Shown here: positions 38,001-45,730 of the stretch, in pieces
Numbering within the stretch: the first letter of the stretch is position 1
How the letters are laid out: every line of letters starts with the position of its first letter
Source of the DNA: an uncultured Candidatus Saccharibacteria bacterium
Lineage (GTDB): Bacteria; Patescibacteriota; Minisyncoccia; Phycocordibacterales; UBA9973
Reading direction: 5' to 3'
Assembly: GCA_964481155.1 (NCBI GenBank)
Contig: CAYZSX010000002.1
Span: 1 to 57,529, forward strand
Length of the DNA: 57,529 nucleotides
Notes under the pieces: generated by a model
The model's input: only the letters and a program-made list of their open reading frames with translations
Database searches by the model: none
Told to the model about the DNA's origin: nothing
Position numbers and translations under genes: made by a program

Positions 38001-38444
38001 CGTGAGTTTAAATGTCTTGGGGTTTGCGTTTTCGGGAATCTCTCCGGTAAATGATCCGCAATATATAGAGGAGACTGTGCCCGACATCCGCGCAGAGTTT
38101 TCTACTGAAAAGTCTTGAGCGCTTGATTCGTTGGGAAGTGAGGGTGCGCCTTGCGCATTGTCAACACGTTCCCAGTCGCCCAAACAGGACTGCGGATAAA
38201 ACGTTGCAACTGACGCATGTCCTGTCGAAAACGAACTGAGCACGAGTGCACCAATGATAATCGATGCGATGATAAAAAACTTGTGTTGGTGTGCAAACCA
38301 CCACGCGGTGATCTGTGCTTTGTTGATTTGGATCGCAGGGAGCTTTTTTTTGAGATCGAGTACTGGTCGCGACACCGTACGCGCGATATCTCCCACGACG
38401 GGTGGTTTTTGCGGCTCGGTTTTCTTGCGACCTGAAATTTTCAT
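32055..38444 (-). CDS. giant (2129 aa) membrane-anchored repeat-containing surface protein, putative adhesin
   Basis: Basic N-terminus plus a TM anchor (FFIIASIIIGALVLSSF). An acidic Ser/Glu/Val-rich linker and Ig-like domains follow. The central roughly 1000 aa are Thr/Gly/Ala/Ser/Asn-rich, predicted beta-helix, arranged as at least three modules of about 308 aa. The C-terminal domain matches that of the 360-aa neighbour. All long ORFs on the opposite strand are shadows of this gene. Confidence 0.85.
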   Translation of the reverse strand: MKISGRKKTEPQKPPVVGDIARTVSRPVLDLKKKLPAIQINKAQITAWWFAHQHKFFIIASIIIGALVLSSFSTGHASVATFYPQSCLGDWERVDNAQGAPSLPNESSAQDFSVENSARMSGTVSSIYCGSFTGEIPENANPKTFKLTFSWSVEDKDSSSIRTEPQPFDIPAQGIVIPAQEQDSSTIEQQSVQESVPAQESATESTTVSFFKHLFTTRVLAQESDPTPPTVSEEVSTQSVQEEAPAVDVSSSAEEAVGTADTIEAQDASVPIEEVVTESSSGTVSDGFMEVSYTLDGTTWNTLGTISRSEWKRASFEIPLEKWENLSTLQVALKTLPTFDALPTVYLDAVKLDVEYTDMENVPTKPTVVLKDADSLISGKDGFNPTEDVTFTLETPNYTTEDIKTLVQEGKADVVKDTAGVLGEKVDDPEHTQAIDEVVQTIQETIDTSKELILPPPTPLEQPQSESSPVSLLKSLLTPTVAEAQTSNVEAQILDDNGAPTDIPVAVITDTTTGKRRVQIDRPDRSFRPGKYTLVVTVTTPQAILVSQQDFSWGVLAINTDMSVYRPGATAYLQMGVLNDGGHTICDADLDLVISTPSGTVVSKSTDDGSIVRAPECGPNNVISVPDYFAYYTIPGEQGVYTMRLTAHTANGTKQITDTFSVQSDLSIAVVRTGPTRIYPVALYPMTLRVTSDTAWEGTVTERVPVSFEVSLPQQSQAYDSVTEDGDTKLITWDVSISAGETVQLGYYFNAPDISPEFYLLGPAVMTGTSSFEEDRQWQIASDAACNATATGTWSATASFVNCTGAASGGSGTGNRPGVNDDLTINSGVVVTADTTVTIKSLTFAASTVAAGLSVSNGVTFTVTGTTSIPSPGAAVANTITVGGGTSGTFSTAGITITGSATASRNSVLALSAGSTFTTTAGITFAGTAAQARITNAGASTINLTGTMSTGGTVTINAGTALNTTGTVTLSRATTFGILNVNSGTTTMGAVAITYAGLVTVANSATLTTSSATGTKTFSAGITVNSGGIFDLRTGSNFAAVTSFGGNITANGTTFDSGGGAVTLTGTGTRTISGSGNVSLGGTVTVPTNMTLTNSNTGTVTMGALTIASPVASNGLSLTTGSTTNVTGAVTYTANATANTQTITMNGTANITAGSLTINRPTSTGQSNITCAASATGTFATTGAATINGASTATATVNITMNTCSFTSGGLLTIAGGTTGGNITFTTTTGVLTASAGVTFTGTAARNVLNIGSGNFNLTGTLGSGGTLTFDSANTLYTTGTAAISGAYTIRNFTVSSGTTTLNNVAITFAGNTVVSGSLVCASATGLKTFTGTVTVNSGGSFDLSAVATTTRFDSNITVDSTGTFNSGTGAVTMGTSLSLLGAGNISLGGTVTVNSGVTLTNSNTGTVTMGALTIASPVASNGLSLTTGSTTNVTGAVTYTANATANTQTITMNGTANITAGSLTINRPTSTGQSNITCAASATGALTVGATGISLQGGNSGVTGSINLTMRDCTLASSGLIVWGGVSGGGTINVSFDTGTLTAGAGISFVGIASVNFLTMGANSTLNLTGAIPANGTLSINASSTLVSTGSSSITGAYTFGNLSIPSGTLSLGGVAVTFAGTTTIDGSLVSVTSATGTKTFTGLVTIDPGGVFDMSPVNPVTSFGDGITMDGTTFNSGSAATIFSANQNLAGSSNMSFGGAVTIASGVTLTNNNTGLVNFVSSVTGGNASSTFATGSGSTTEFDSTVMSTGTLVPSTSTNTVIYGGSTQTIKTPTTNPYFNLTIATAGTKSLAAATTVSGTTTVSAGTLDTVSGQNYAFTTGNLTISGTGTVLGQGATITLTGNWANTGTFTAGTSTVVMNGATTATVSGATTFNNLTITHTAAKEVQFQTSGSPIFTVSGLFTVTGSLGNLIRLRSDSSGTQWKFHPTGTASVSYVDVQDSACESGSIFLNPTNLTNSGNNGTCWINTSITFSISDATIGFGALSATGTRYATGDAVGSGTETEAHTITISTSAPSGYSLTVRGASLGKVGHTISAIGGTNTVPSIGSEQFGLRLVASGGSGTVSSPYAASGFAYGADATTTSQVASASSGDGIDTTYSARYMCNIASTTPAGSYATDLTYVVTGNF
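33994..34247. repeat. 254-nt exact direct repeat, copy 1, inside the giant gene
   Basis: Base-for-base identical to 34918..35171 when compared by eye across the full length. The offset is 924 nt, or 308 codons. Confidence 0.95.
34918..35171. repeat. 254-nt exact direct repeat, copy 2, inside the giant gene
   Basis: Identical to 33994..34247. It encodes ...TNSNTGTVTMGALTIASPVASNGLSLTTGSTTNVTGAVTYTANATANTQTITMNGTANITAGSLTINRPTSTGQSNITCAASATG, which appears twice in the protein. Confidence 0.95.
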
Positions 38445-38488
38445 GCTATCTAGCAGTGTACCACGGGCTCGTGCTACAATCAGCGCAT

Positions 38489-38677
38489 ATGCAACAAAAC
38501 AATGTTTACAACCTGATGCACCAGCTCACCCAAGAATCCAAAAGTCTCTGGCGCATCAGCAACAACTATATGAATGAAGCCGCTTCGGATCAAGAAAAAG
38601 CATTTTGGACCAAACTCGCTACTGACAAAGAAGCTCATATCAACGAGCTTCGAGAACTGATCAAACAAGCGATCTAA
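38489..38677 (+). CDS. small helical hypothetical protein
   Basis: 62 aa from the internal Met: MQQNNVYNLMHQLTQESKSLWRISNNYMNEAASDQEKAFWTKLATDKEAHINELRELIKQAI. A terminator hairpin follows. The upstream part of the 91-aa ORF overlaps the start of the giant gene. Confidence 0.5.
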   Translation: MQQNNVYNLMHQLTQESKSLWRISNNYMNEAASDQEKAFWTKLATDKEAHINELRELIKQAI

Positions 38678-38691
38678 AAAATGTACACGCT

Positions 38692-38719
38692 AAAAATCCT
38701 CTCACTTGAGAGGATTTTT
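38692..38719. terminator. bidirectional terminator hairpin
   Basis: AAAAATCCTCTCA-CT-TGAGAGGATTTTT between the convergent 38489 ORF (+) and gyrB (-). It overlaps the gyrB stop codon. Confidence 0.7.
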
Positions 38720-40799
38720 ATATATCAAGATTTGCCATCTTGGCGTTACTTTGGATAAATGACTTACGCGGTGCAACTTCAGAACCCATGAGGATATCAA
38801 AGACCTGATTTGCTTCTTCAGCGTCTTCGATCGATACTTGCTTGAGCACACGACGAGCAGGATCCATCGTTGTTTCCCAGAGTTCTTCAGCGTTCATTTC
38901 TCCGAGACCTTTGTAGCGCTGGATTTTTGGGGTACCAAGTTTTTTCTTAGAAGATTCTTCTTCATCTTCTTCACTCTCAAGAACTTCTTCTACTGTTTCT
39001 ATATCTGTTTCAACAAGAACTTCGGAGTTCTTTGGATTGCCCCCGAGAGCCTTATACATCTGATCACGCTCTTCATCTGAGTATGCATAGCGAATATCTT
39101 TTCCTTTAGTGATTTTGTACAGTGGTGGCTGTGCGATGTATACATACCCCGCATCGATGACCGAACGGAAATACCGATAAAACAGTGTGAGGATGAGCGT
39201 CGTGATGTGCGCACCGTCGACGTCCGCATCGGTTGCGATGATGATTTTGTGGTAGCGAATCTTTTCGATATCAAACGTGTCTCCGATCGAAGTCCCCATC
39301 GCGATCACGAGATTTTTGATCTGCTCACTCCCAAGCATACGATCGAGGCGTGCGCGCTCCACGTTGAGGATCTTGCCGCGAAGCGGGAGGATCGCTTGCG
39401 TCCGACGATCGCGACCCATTTTGGCAGTACCACCCGCCGAGTCTCCCTCTACGATAAAGAGTTCTCCGTCTTGGGCATCTTTGGCCTGACAGTCAGCGAG
39501 CTTACCAGGAAGCGTCATGCCTTCGAGTGCGCCTTTGCGGAGGATCGAATCCTTGGCAGCTTTTGCAGCTTTGCGCGCGCGCAGCGCAAGAAGTCCCTTG
39601 CTAATCATCGCTTTTGCTTCATCAGGGTGTTCTTCGAGGAATGTACTAAACGCTTCACCAAACACAGTCGTCGTTGCGCCTTGCGCTTCAGTACTACCGA
39701 GCTTTGCTTTGGTTTGCCCTTCAAACTGGATCTCTGCAAGCTTGACCGACACTACTACCGTAAGACCTTCGAGCACATCGTCACCCGAGAGTGCCCCATC
39801 TGCTTCTTTGATCAAGTTATTTTTCTTGCCGTACGTGTTGAGGACACGAGTGAGCGCCATTTTAAACCCAGCGATGTGTGTACCTCCTTCTGAGTTGTAG
39901 ATGTTGTTGGCAAACGGCACGATGCGAGAAGAGATATCGTCGACATACTGAAGTGCGATCTCGACACCAACACCATCCTGCTCTTTTTCGGTATAAAAAA
40001 TAGTATCGTGAATCGGTTTCTGGAGACGGTTGTAGTGCGCAACGAGAGACTTGAGTCCTCCTTCAAAATAGTAGGTTGTGGTTGGTGCCTCAAGTCCGAG
40101 ATCGCGGAGCCAGTAGGTACTCGTTGGATCAAATTTATCAGCAACCTCACGCGCGTCGATCACAGTGACGCGCAGCTTTTTGACGAGATACGCCTGCTGA
40201 CGAAGTCGATCGATGATTGTTTTCCAGTCAAACACAACTGTGTCTTTGAAAATAGTTGGGTCTGGTTGAAACGTGATGATCGTACCGTTGTAGGCACTCT
40301 TGCCAATCTTTTTGACCGGACCTTTTTTGACGCCGATCTCATATTCTTGCGCAAAGACTTCTCCTTCGCGATGCACCTCTGCGCGTGTGTAGGTCGAAAG
40401 GGCGTTGACCACCGACGCACCCACACCGTGAAGTCCTCCCGAAACTTTATATCCTGATCCATCACCGCCAAACTTGCCTCCTGCATGGAGTGTCGTCATG
40501 ACTGTTTCAAGCGCAGAGACTTTGGTTTTGGGATGGATCGCAGTCGGGATACCACGACCATTGTCAGCGACACGGATGCGGTTGCCTGGCAGGATCGCGA
40601 CCTCGATGCGATCAGCATAACCGCCCATCGCTTCATCGCGTGAGTTGTCAAAGATTTCCCATACAAGGTGATGAAGTCCGTCGACACCAGTGGTACCGAT
40701 GTACATACCTGGACGCTTGCGGACCGGCTCGAGACCTTCAAGGACAGAGATCTGTTCTGCGCCATAGTTTGCTGCTTTTTTGCTTGGGTCTGCTGCCAT
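38718..40799 (-). CDS. gyrB: DNA gyrase subunit B
   Basis: 693 aa with YGAEQISVLEGLEPVRKRPGMYIG, GGLHGVGASVVNALS, EGDSAGG, PLRGKILNVE and a C-terminal QRYKGLGEMN. Confidence 0.97.
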   Translation of the reverse strand: MAADPSKKAANYGAEQISVLEGLEPVRKRPGMYIGTTGVDGLHHLVWEIFDNSRDEAMGGYADRIEVAILPGNRIRVADNGRGIPTAIHPKTKVSALETVMTTLHAGGKFGGDGSGYKVSGGLHGVGASVVNALSTYTRAEVHREGEVFAQEYEIGVKKGPVKKIGKSAYNGTIITFQPDPTIFKDTVVFDWKTIIDRLRQQAYLVKKLRVTVIDAREVADKFDPTSTYWLRDLGLEAPTTTYYFEGGLKSLVAHYNRLQKPIHDTIFYTEKEQDGVGVEIALQYVDDISSRIVPFANNIYNSEGGTHIAGFKMALTRVLNTYGKKNNLIKEADGALSGDDVLEGLTVVVSVKLAEIQFEGQTKAKLGSTEAQGATTTVFGEAFSTFLEEHPDEAKAMISKGLLALRARKAAKAAKDSILRKGALEGMTLPGKLADCQAKDAQDGELFIVEGDSAGGTAKMGRDRRTQAILPLRGKILNVERARLDRMLGSEQIKNLVIAMGTSIGDTFDIEKIRYHKIIIATDADVDGAHITTLILTLFYRYFRSVIDAGYVYIAQPPLYKITKGKDIRYAYSDEERDQMYKALGGNPKNSEVLVETDIETVEEVLESEEDEEESSKKKLGTPKIQRYKGLGEMNAEELWETTMDPARRVLKQVSIEDAEEANQVFDILMGSEVAPRKSFIQSNAKMANLDI

Positions 40800-40880
40800 A
40801 TATCGTAGATTTATTTTAGCATAAAAAAGGCCTTGCTCCTAGCGGACAAAGTGGTCAAATACGCTTATAAGTAAAGGCTT

Positions 40881-42695
40881 TTAGAGCGTTTCTCCTGCTG
40901 GAGGTTCGGGGTCTTGTGACACCTCTTGTTCTTGTGGTGTTTGCGTATCAGTAGGAGGCTCTGTGGGAGCATCTGCTTCAACAGTGGTTTGCACTGGTTG
41001 TACTGGTGCAGCGGACTGTGTCTGAAGGAGCTGTTTAAGTTCGACGAGCTGCGCCTTAGTCAGACACTCCGATGATCCATCAGGATCGGTGAGACAGATC
41101 TCTCCGGTAAAGATACGCGTGATGCGGTTCCCGACATCGCCAAGCCAGTTTCTGAGAACACCTGCAAACGACCCTTCCGTATTAAGCGATGCAATATCCT
41201 GCACCTGCACATCAAGCTCTTGGATGGCTTTGGTGAGTATAGGAGCCATGCCAGCGTAGTTGACTTGGAGGTATCCATTGGATGCTTGTGAGACAAGGAG
41301 CGGGAAATGTTGCCTCATGTCTTGTGCGATAAACCCAACCTGGGTGCCAACTTTGGTGTTCTGGCTCCATTCATACGTCACTGTTCTGAGTGAACGTAGT
41401 GTATCGAGCGTATCAGTGAGGTCACTCACGTCTGTCTTGAGTCGTTCATCTGACGTACAGGCGATGCCGGTACCTGTGGTGATCGTACACTCAGTTCCGC
41501 CAGTGCCAGTAAAAACTGTGGCATCGATAGGCACCCCACCGTTACCAATCATTAGTTGGTTTGAAGCGGTGTTGGTAGCACCAGTACCAAGCGCGATACT
41601 ATCTACAAAACCGCCAGTTGAAGTATCATTTCCAATCAGAATCGAGCTTGAACCTCCAGTGTTGTCGACTGTGTCACCCTCGCCCGCCTCGTAACCAATA
41701 AAAATTGAGTTTGCAGCATTGGTTGCACCATTACCCGAGTTAAAACCAAGCATAGTCGAATTGGTTGCAAACGCAGCACCGCTTCCTGAAAAAAAACCTA
41801 TAAATGTTGCCCTGTCTGCATTTGAAGCATTAAACCCAGCGCTTTTACCAATAGCAACGGAAGCAGATGCATTTGAAGCAGCAACCCCAGACCCCTCTCC
41901 TATAAAAACACTATCTGCTGCATTTGTAGCACCATAACCACTAATTGAACCAATAAAAACGGATTTTGTTGCATCGGTAGCATTAGCACCAGCATTTTCA
42001 CCAATAAAAACACTTCTGAAATATGTAGGCGGAAATCCGCTACTATATACAGAATCTGTTGCGGTATTTAATCCAGCATTTTCACCAATAAAAACAGAGT
42101 ACGTTGCGTTCGGGGCAGTATACCCGGAAAAACCTCCTATAAAAATAGAATATTTTGCGTTCGTTGCATTTTTCCCGGCTTGTTGTCCAAAAAAGTTTGA
42201 ATATTCTGCATTTGTAGCTCCTAATCCAGCTTGATTTCCGATAAAGTTTGAAACTTGCGCATTTGTTGCAAGGTAACCTGCACCCCCGCCAATAAAGACT
42301 GCGTTCGTTGCATTAGTTGCATTACCACCAGCATCAGTTCCTATGTATACGGTATCAACACTTGATCCTCCTGTTCCCGCATTCCCAAGCCACGTCTCTG
42401 TCCCGAGCTCTGAGGTCGAGCCAATAAGATTTGACCCTCCACTCACTGTAGCCCAGCTCAGTGTCGTACCGTCAGTAGTGAGATATTTTCCATTGTTTCC
42501 TGTTTGATCAGGGATGATGAGTACCGTACAGTTCGTATCCCCTGGTGCACATGATGGATCAAGCGTTTGTCCTCCCGTGTATGGTGAGCCAGGCGGTGTT
42601 GCGTATGCGGTGAGTACCGAGAATGCGCTCGCGATGAGGAGTGCGAGGATTGTTTTTTTGTGGTTGTGATACGTTGTTACAACAAAAGACAGCAT
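40881..42695 (-). CDS. tail-fibre-like surface protein with a peptidase S74 intramolecular chaperone domain
   Basis: 604 aa with an N-terminal signal/anchor (ILALLIASAFSVLTAYA). About 300 aa of periodic repeats of roughly 17-18 aa follow (NATNA..S.FIG..AG). Next come CTSDERLKTDVSDLTDTLDTLRSLRTVTYEW...GFIAQDM...VNYAGMAPILTKAIQEL, typical of the S74 self-cleaving chaperone of phage tail spikes and endosialidases. The tail is Pro/Thr/Gln/Glu-rich. Confidence 0.75.
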   Translation of the reverse strand: MLSFVVTTYHNHKKTILALLIASAFSVLTAYATPPGSPYTGGQTLDPSCAPGDTNCTVLIIPDQTGNNGKYLTTDGTTLSWATVSGGSNLIGSTSELGTETWLGNAGTGGSSVDTVYIGTDAGGNATNATNAVFIGGGAGYLATNAQVSNFIGNQAGLGATNAEYSNFFGQQAGKNATNAKYSIFIGGFSGYTAPNATYSVFIGENAGLNTATDSVYSSGFPPTYFRSVFIGENAGANATDATKSVFIGSISGYGATNAADSVFIGEGSGVAASNASASVAIGKSAGFNASNADRATFIGFFSGSGAAFATNSTMLGFNSGNGATNAANSIFIGYEAGEGDTVDNTGGSSSILIGNDTSTGGFVDSIALGTGATNTASNQLMIGNGGVPIDATVFTGTGGTECTITTGTGIACTSDERLKTDVSDLTDTLDTLRSLRTVTYEWSQNTKVGTQVGFIAQDMRQHFPLLVSQASNGYLQVNYAGMAPILTKAIQELDVQVQDIASLNTEGSFAGVLRNWLGDVGNRITRIFTGEICLTDPDGSSECLTKAQLVELKQLLQTQSAAPVQPVQTTVEADAPTEPPTDTQTPQEQEVSQDPEPPAGETL

Positions 42696-42727
42696 GTACG
42701 TCTAGTGTATCAAATATATCGTGAGCA

Positions 42728-45658
42728 TCACAGCGCGCGAAGTGCGCAATACGTACACTCTTTGTCATCACAGCGTTTGTCCCAAAACGCAACTGTACGG
42801 ATCTCGTGCGCAATACGATCGATTTCAGACTTGAGCGCCACGACTTCGTCCGTAGTGATTGCAAATGATTCTTTGTGACAGATACCCTTTTCGTCAGGTT
42901 CGACAAAGTCGATCACGCCATGACTCATGACATGCTGTCCGTCCTTAAACAGTTCGAGGAGAAGTTTGTAAAACGTGAGCTGACGATAGTAGTTGCCGTC
43001 ACTATTTTTGGTTTTGCCCATGAGTTCGTTGCGTGTCTTGGGTTTACCTGTTTTGTAATCAGTGACTGTCACCGTGTCGTCATCGTTCCACTCTATCTTG
43101 TCGAGGACGCCAGTGAGGCGTGTACCATTGTACTCCACACCATTGATACGAAATTCGTTCTGACTACGAGTCGCGGCATGCTCGTATGTGTCGTACCACA
43201 CAGACAGTGCCTGCTGACCTTTTGCTTTGGATTCCGCAAAATCGATCGGCGCAAGCGGTACAGTATTGATCCATCGCTCAAATGCGGCAAGCAAGTATTC
43301 TTTGCCTACCGATTCGTCCTTGAGTGCGTTGTGGAAGTCTGCAAGAGCTCCGTGGATTGCAGTACCGTATGCCTGGTGTTTGTTCTGCGCAGTAGGGATG
43401 CGCAATAGATTTGTATAGAAATATTTCCACGGACACTCGAGATAGTTGTTGAGCGCAGTTGGCGAGAACCCTTGCTTGTCAAAGAGCTCGTTTACAAACT
43501 GCTGCTCACTTTCAGGAGTCACTATTTCATTATTTATAGGAGTAAATGCAAACGTTTTGTCATTAGCAAATCTTTGCTCCCATACCTGGCTATCGACTTG
43601 CTCCACAAGCTCAGGCTTGATTTCAGCGATGAACTCACTCGGCAGCGTTTCTCTGTGACCCTCATCTTCGTGCGCATACGTGATCGTCACTGACTCTTTG
43701 GCACGAGTGAGCGCGACATAAAAGAGCCGACGCTCATCGTCAAAGGATGTATCTACTTCATCATGGGATACATTGACGCCGTATACTGATTCGATTAGCG
43801 GAAGTCGATCGCGATCAACACCACCCCCAAACACACCGTGCACCGCGCCAATGATGTACACGTGCGCAAACTCAAGCCCTTTGGATTTGTGGGCAGTCAT
43901 GAGGCGTACCTTGCCTTCCCGACTACTTGCTGATTGTCGTTTGATAAAGAGTTTGTGTTTCTGCACTGTCTCAAGATATACAAAGAAATCAATGAGTGTC
44001 GCATCGGGTTTGCGCTCAAGCAGTCCCCTGACCTGATCAAAGAGTGCGTTTACTTCATCAAATCGCTCGCTCGCATCAGTAGCTCCTACGATATCTCCGA
44101 GAAGTCCTGTCTCTCGCACGATGTATTCAAAGAAGTTGAGTAGATCTTGTTTCCTACTCTCAAGCGTCCACTGTTTCAGTTTTTCTCCCGTAGTTTTAAT
44201 ACTCTCTATATCACTCTCGAGCATGAGTTCATATACATTTTTTTTCTTTGCATCAGCATTGCTTCGCAAGAGTTTGTATGCATCGAGCGGATCAATCCCA
44301 AAGAGTGAGATGTGCAAAAGCGGCGCAACGTAGAGATCATCACCGTAGTTAGCAATTGCTCGCAGTATGATGAGAAGCTTTGCAATATCGCCCTGCGAAA
44401 AAAGGTCTTGCTCGCTCTCAATCTGGTGCGGGATCCCCAGTCGAGCGAGGTCTCGCGCGATCGCAAATGCATGTCGATTGTTTCTAAAAAGTATTGCGAT
44501 CTCATGCGGCGCAATACCGCTGTCTATCTTTTCTTTGATATCATGCACGATATAGTAGCGCTCACTCGCAGGTGTACTAAATGCTCCGATATGGATTGGT
44601 GCTTCAGTATGCAAAGCGTTTTTTTTGAGACCCGATGCAAGGAGTGCATCTGCAGCATCGAGCACCGTCTGCGTCGAGCGATAGTTTTGTGTGAGAGTTA
44701 TGAGCTGTACGTCTTTATATGTATGTTTAAAATATTGAAAATTTTCGAGTGATGCACCCTGGAACCGAAACACTGCTTGCTTCTCATCTCCCACCACAAA
44801 CAAATTGGGTCGATCATGGTAGCTCATGATAAGCTCGAGGATTCTGTTTTGAGCATTGTTGGTGTCTTGGTGTTCGTCTACGAGTACGTATTGGTGTTCT
44901 TCTTGGAGAAGTTGGAGCAGGGCCTGATTAGTTTCGAGCGTCGTGAGTACCTCGAGGATCATATCTGAAAAGTCATACCCTTTGCGCTCCATGAGCATCT
45001 CTTGGTACTTGTGATACACGCGAGCAAGCTCTTCATTTTTGAGTATCTTGCGCTCGAGCTTGATGTACTCGCCTTTCATCTTGCCGACGTGTGCACCCTT
45101 TGTATGATACAAATCTTGAATGTTTTGGAACTTATTCTTTTCTTCTTGGACAAGTGTTGCAAACCGCTCCGGCGTAACCCCTTCACGTTTGAGCTCACTG
45201 ATACGTGCGATACTATCGCGGACGTACAGTAGCCGATCACCGTACGGTTTGAGAAGGACGAGATCAGTATGTTCAATAATTTCTTCTATATATGACACCT
45301 GATCGACGTCAGTCACTGGTTTACTCCCGATAACTTTTGGGAAATCTTCGGGATATCTGCGTATGATATCGTTACAAAATCCATGAAACGTGTTGATGAC
45401 GACGCGATACGCAGCATTGCCGATGAGTTTGGTAAGTCGTGCGCGCATATTTTGCGCTGCAGCTTCGGTAAAAGTGAGCGCGAGTATCTGCTCAGGCTCG
45501 GTGTCGGTCTCCCTGAGGATGTTTGCGATACGGAGCGTGAGGATCTGCGTCTTGCCCGTCCCTGGTCCTGCAACAACCATCACCGGTCCCTCGATCGTGT
45601 CGACCGCCCGCTTTTGCTCGGCATTGAGTGAATTGTACGCCTGAGTAAATGGATCCAT
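42728..45658 (-). CDS. UvrD/PcrA-type helicase fused to a PD-(D/E)XK Cas4/AddB-like nuclease
   Basis: The start was moved to MDPFTQAYNSLNAEQKRAV. Helicase motifs AGPGTGKT, VDEHQDTN and QNYRS. The C-terminal nuclease has LECPWKYFY...GVLDKIE...VTDYKTGKPK...CDDKECTYC, a one-plus-three Cys pattern typical of a 4Fe-4S RecB-family nuclease. Confidence 0.85.
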   Translation of the reverse strand: MDPFTQAYNSLNAEQKRAVDTIEGPVMVVAGPGTGKTQILTLRIANILRETDTEPEQILALTFTEAAAQNMRARLTKLIGNAAYRVVINTFHGFCNDIIRRYPEDFPKVIGSKPVTDVDQVSYIEEIIEHTDLVLLKPYGDRLLYVRDSIARISELKREGVTPERFATLVQEEKNKFQNIQDLYHTKGAHVGKMKGEYIKLERKILKNEELARVYHKYQEMLMERKGYDFSDMILEVLTTLETNQALLQLLQEEHQYVLVDEHQDTNNAQNRILELIMSYHDRPNLFVVGDEKQAVFRFQGASLENFQYFKHTYKDVQLITLTQNYRSTQTVLDAADALLASGLKKNALHTEAPIHIGAFSTPASERYYIVHDIKEKIDSGIAPHEIAILFRNNRHAFAIARDLARLGIPHQIESEQDLFSQGDIAKLLIILRAIANYGDDLYVAPLLHISLFGIDPLDAYKLLRSNADAKKKNVYELMLESDIESIKTTGEKLKQWTLESRKQDLLNFFEYIVRETGLLGDIVGATDASERFDEVNALFDQVRGLLERKPDATLIDFFVYLETVQKHKLFIKRQSASSREGKVRLMTAHKSKGLEFAHVYIIGAVHGVFGGGVDRDRLPLIESVYGVNVSHDEVDTSFDDERRLFYVALTRAKESVTITYAHEDEGHRETLPSEFIAEIKPELVEQVDSQVWEQRFANDKTFAFTPINNEIVTPESEQQFVNELFDKQGFSPTALNNYLECPWKYFYTNLLRIPTAQNKHQAYGTAIHGALADFHNALKDESVGKEYLLAAFERWINTVPLAPIDFAESKAKGQQALSVWYDTYEHAATRSQNEFRINGVEYNGTRLTGVLDKIEWNDDDTVTVTDYKTGKPKTRNELMGKTKNSDGNYYRQLTFYKLLLELFKDGQHVMSHGVIDFVEPDEKGICHKESFAITTDEVVALKSEIDRIAHEIRTVAFWDKRCDDKECTYCALRAL

Positions 45659-45691
45659 GGGTGGATTGTAGCACAAGCACATTTTGGTATT

Positions 45692-45719
45692 AAAAAAAGG
45701 CCCCTTAAGGGACCTTTTT
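45692..45719 (-). terminator. rho-independent terminator
   Basis: On the minus strand AGGTCCCTTAAGGGGCCT (a stem with one mismatch) is followed by TTTTTTT. It lies 12 nt after the 45731 gene stop. Confidence 0.6.
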
Positions 45720-45730
45720 CAAAAAAAATC

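Noticed and set aside
40881-42695. The tail-fibre-like gene as evidence for a prophage.
   Set aside because: The neighbours are gyrB and a repair helicase. No capsid, portal, terminase, integrase, lysis genes or att-like repeats are in the window.
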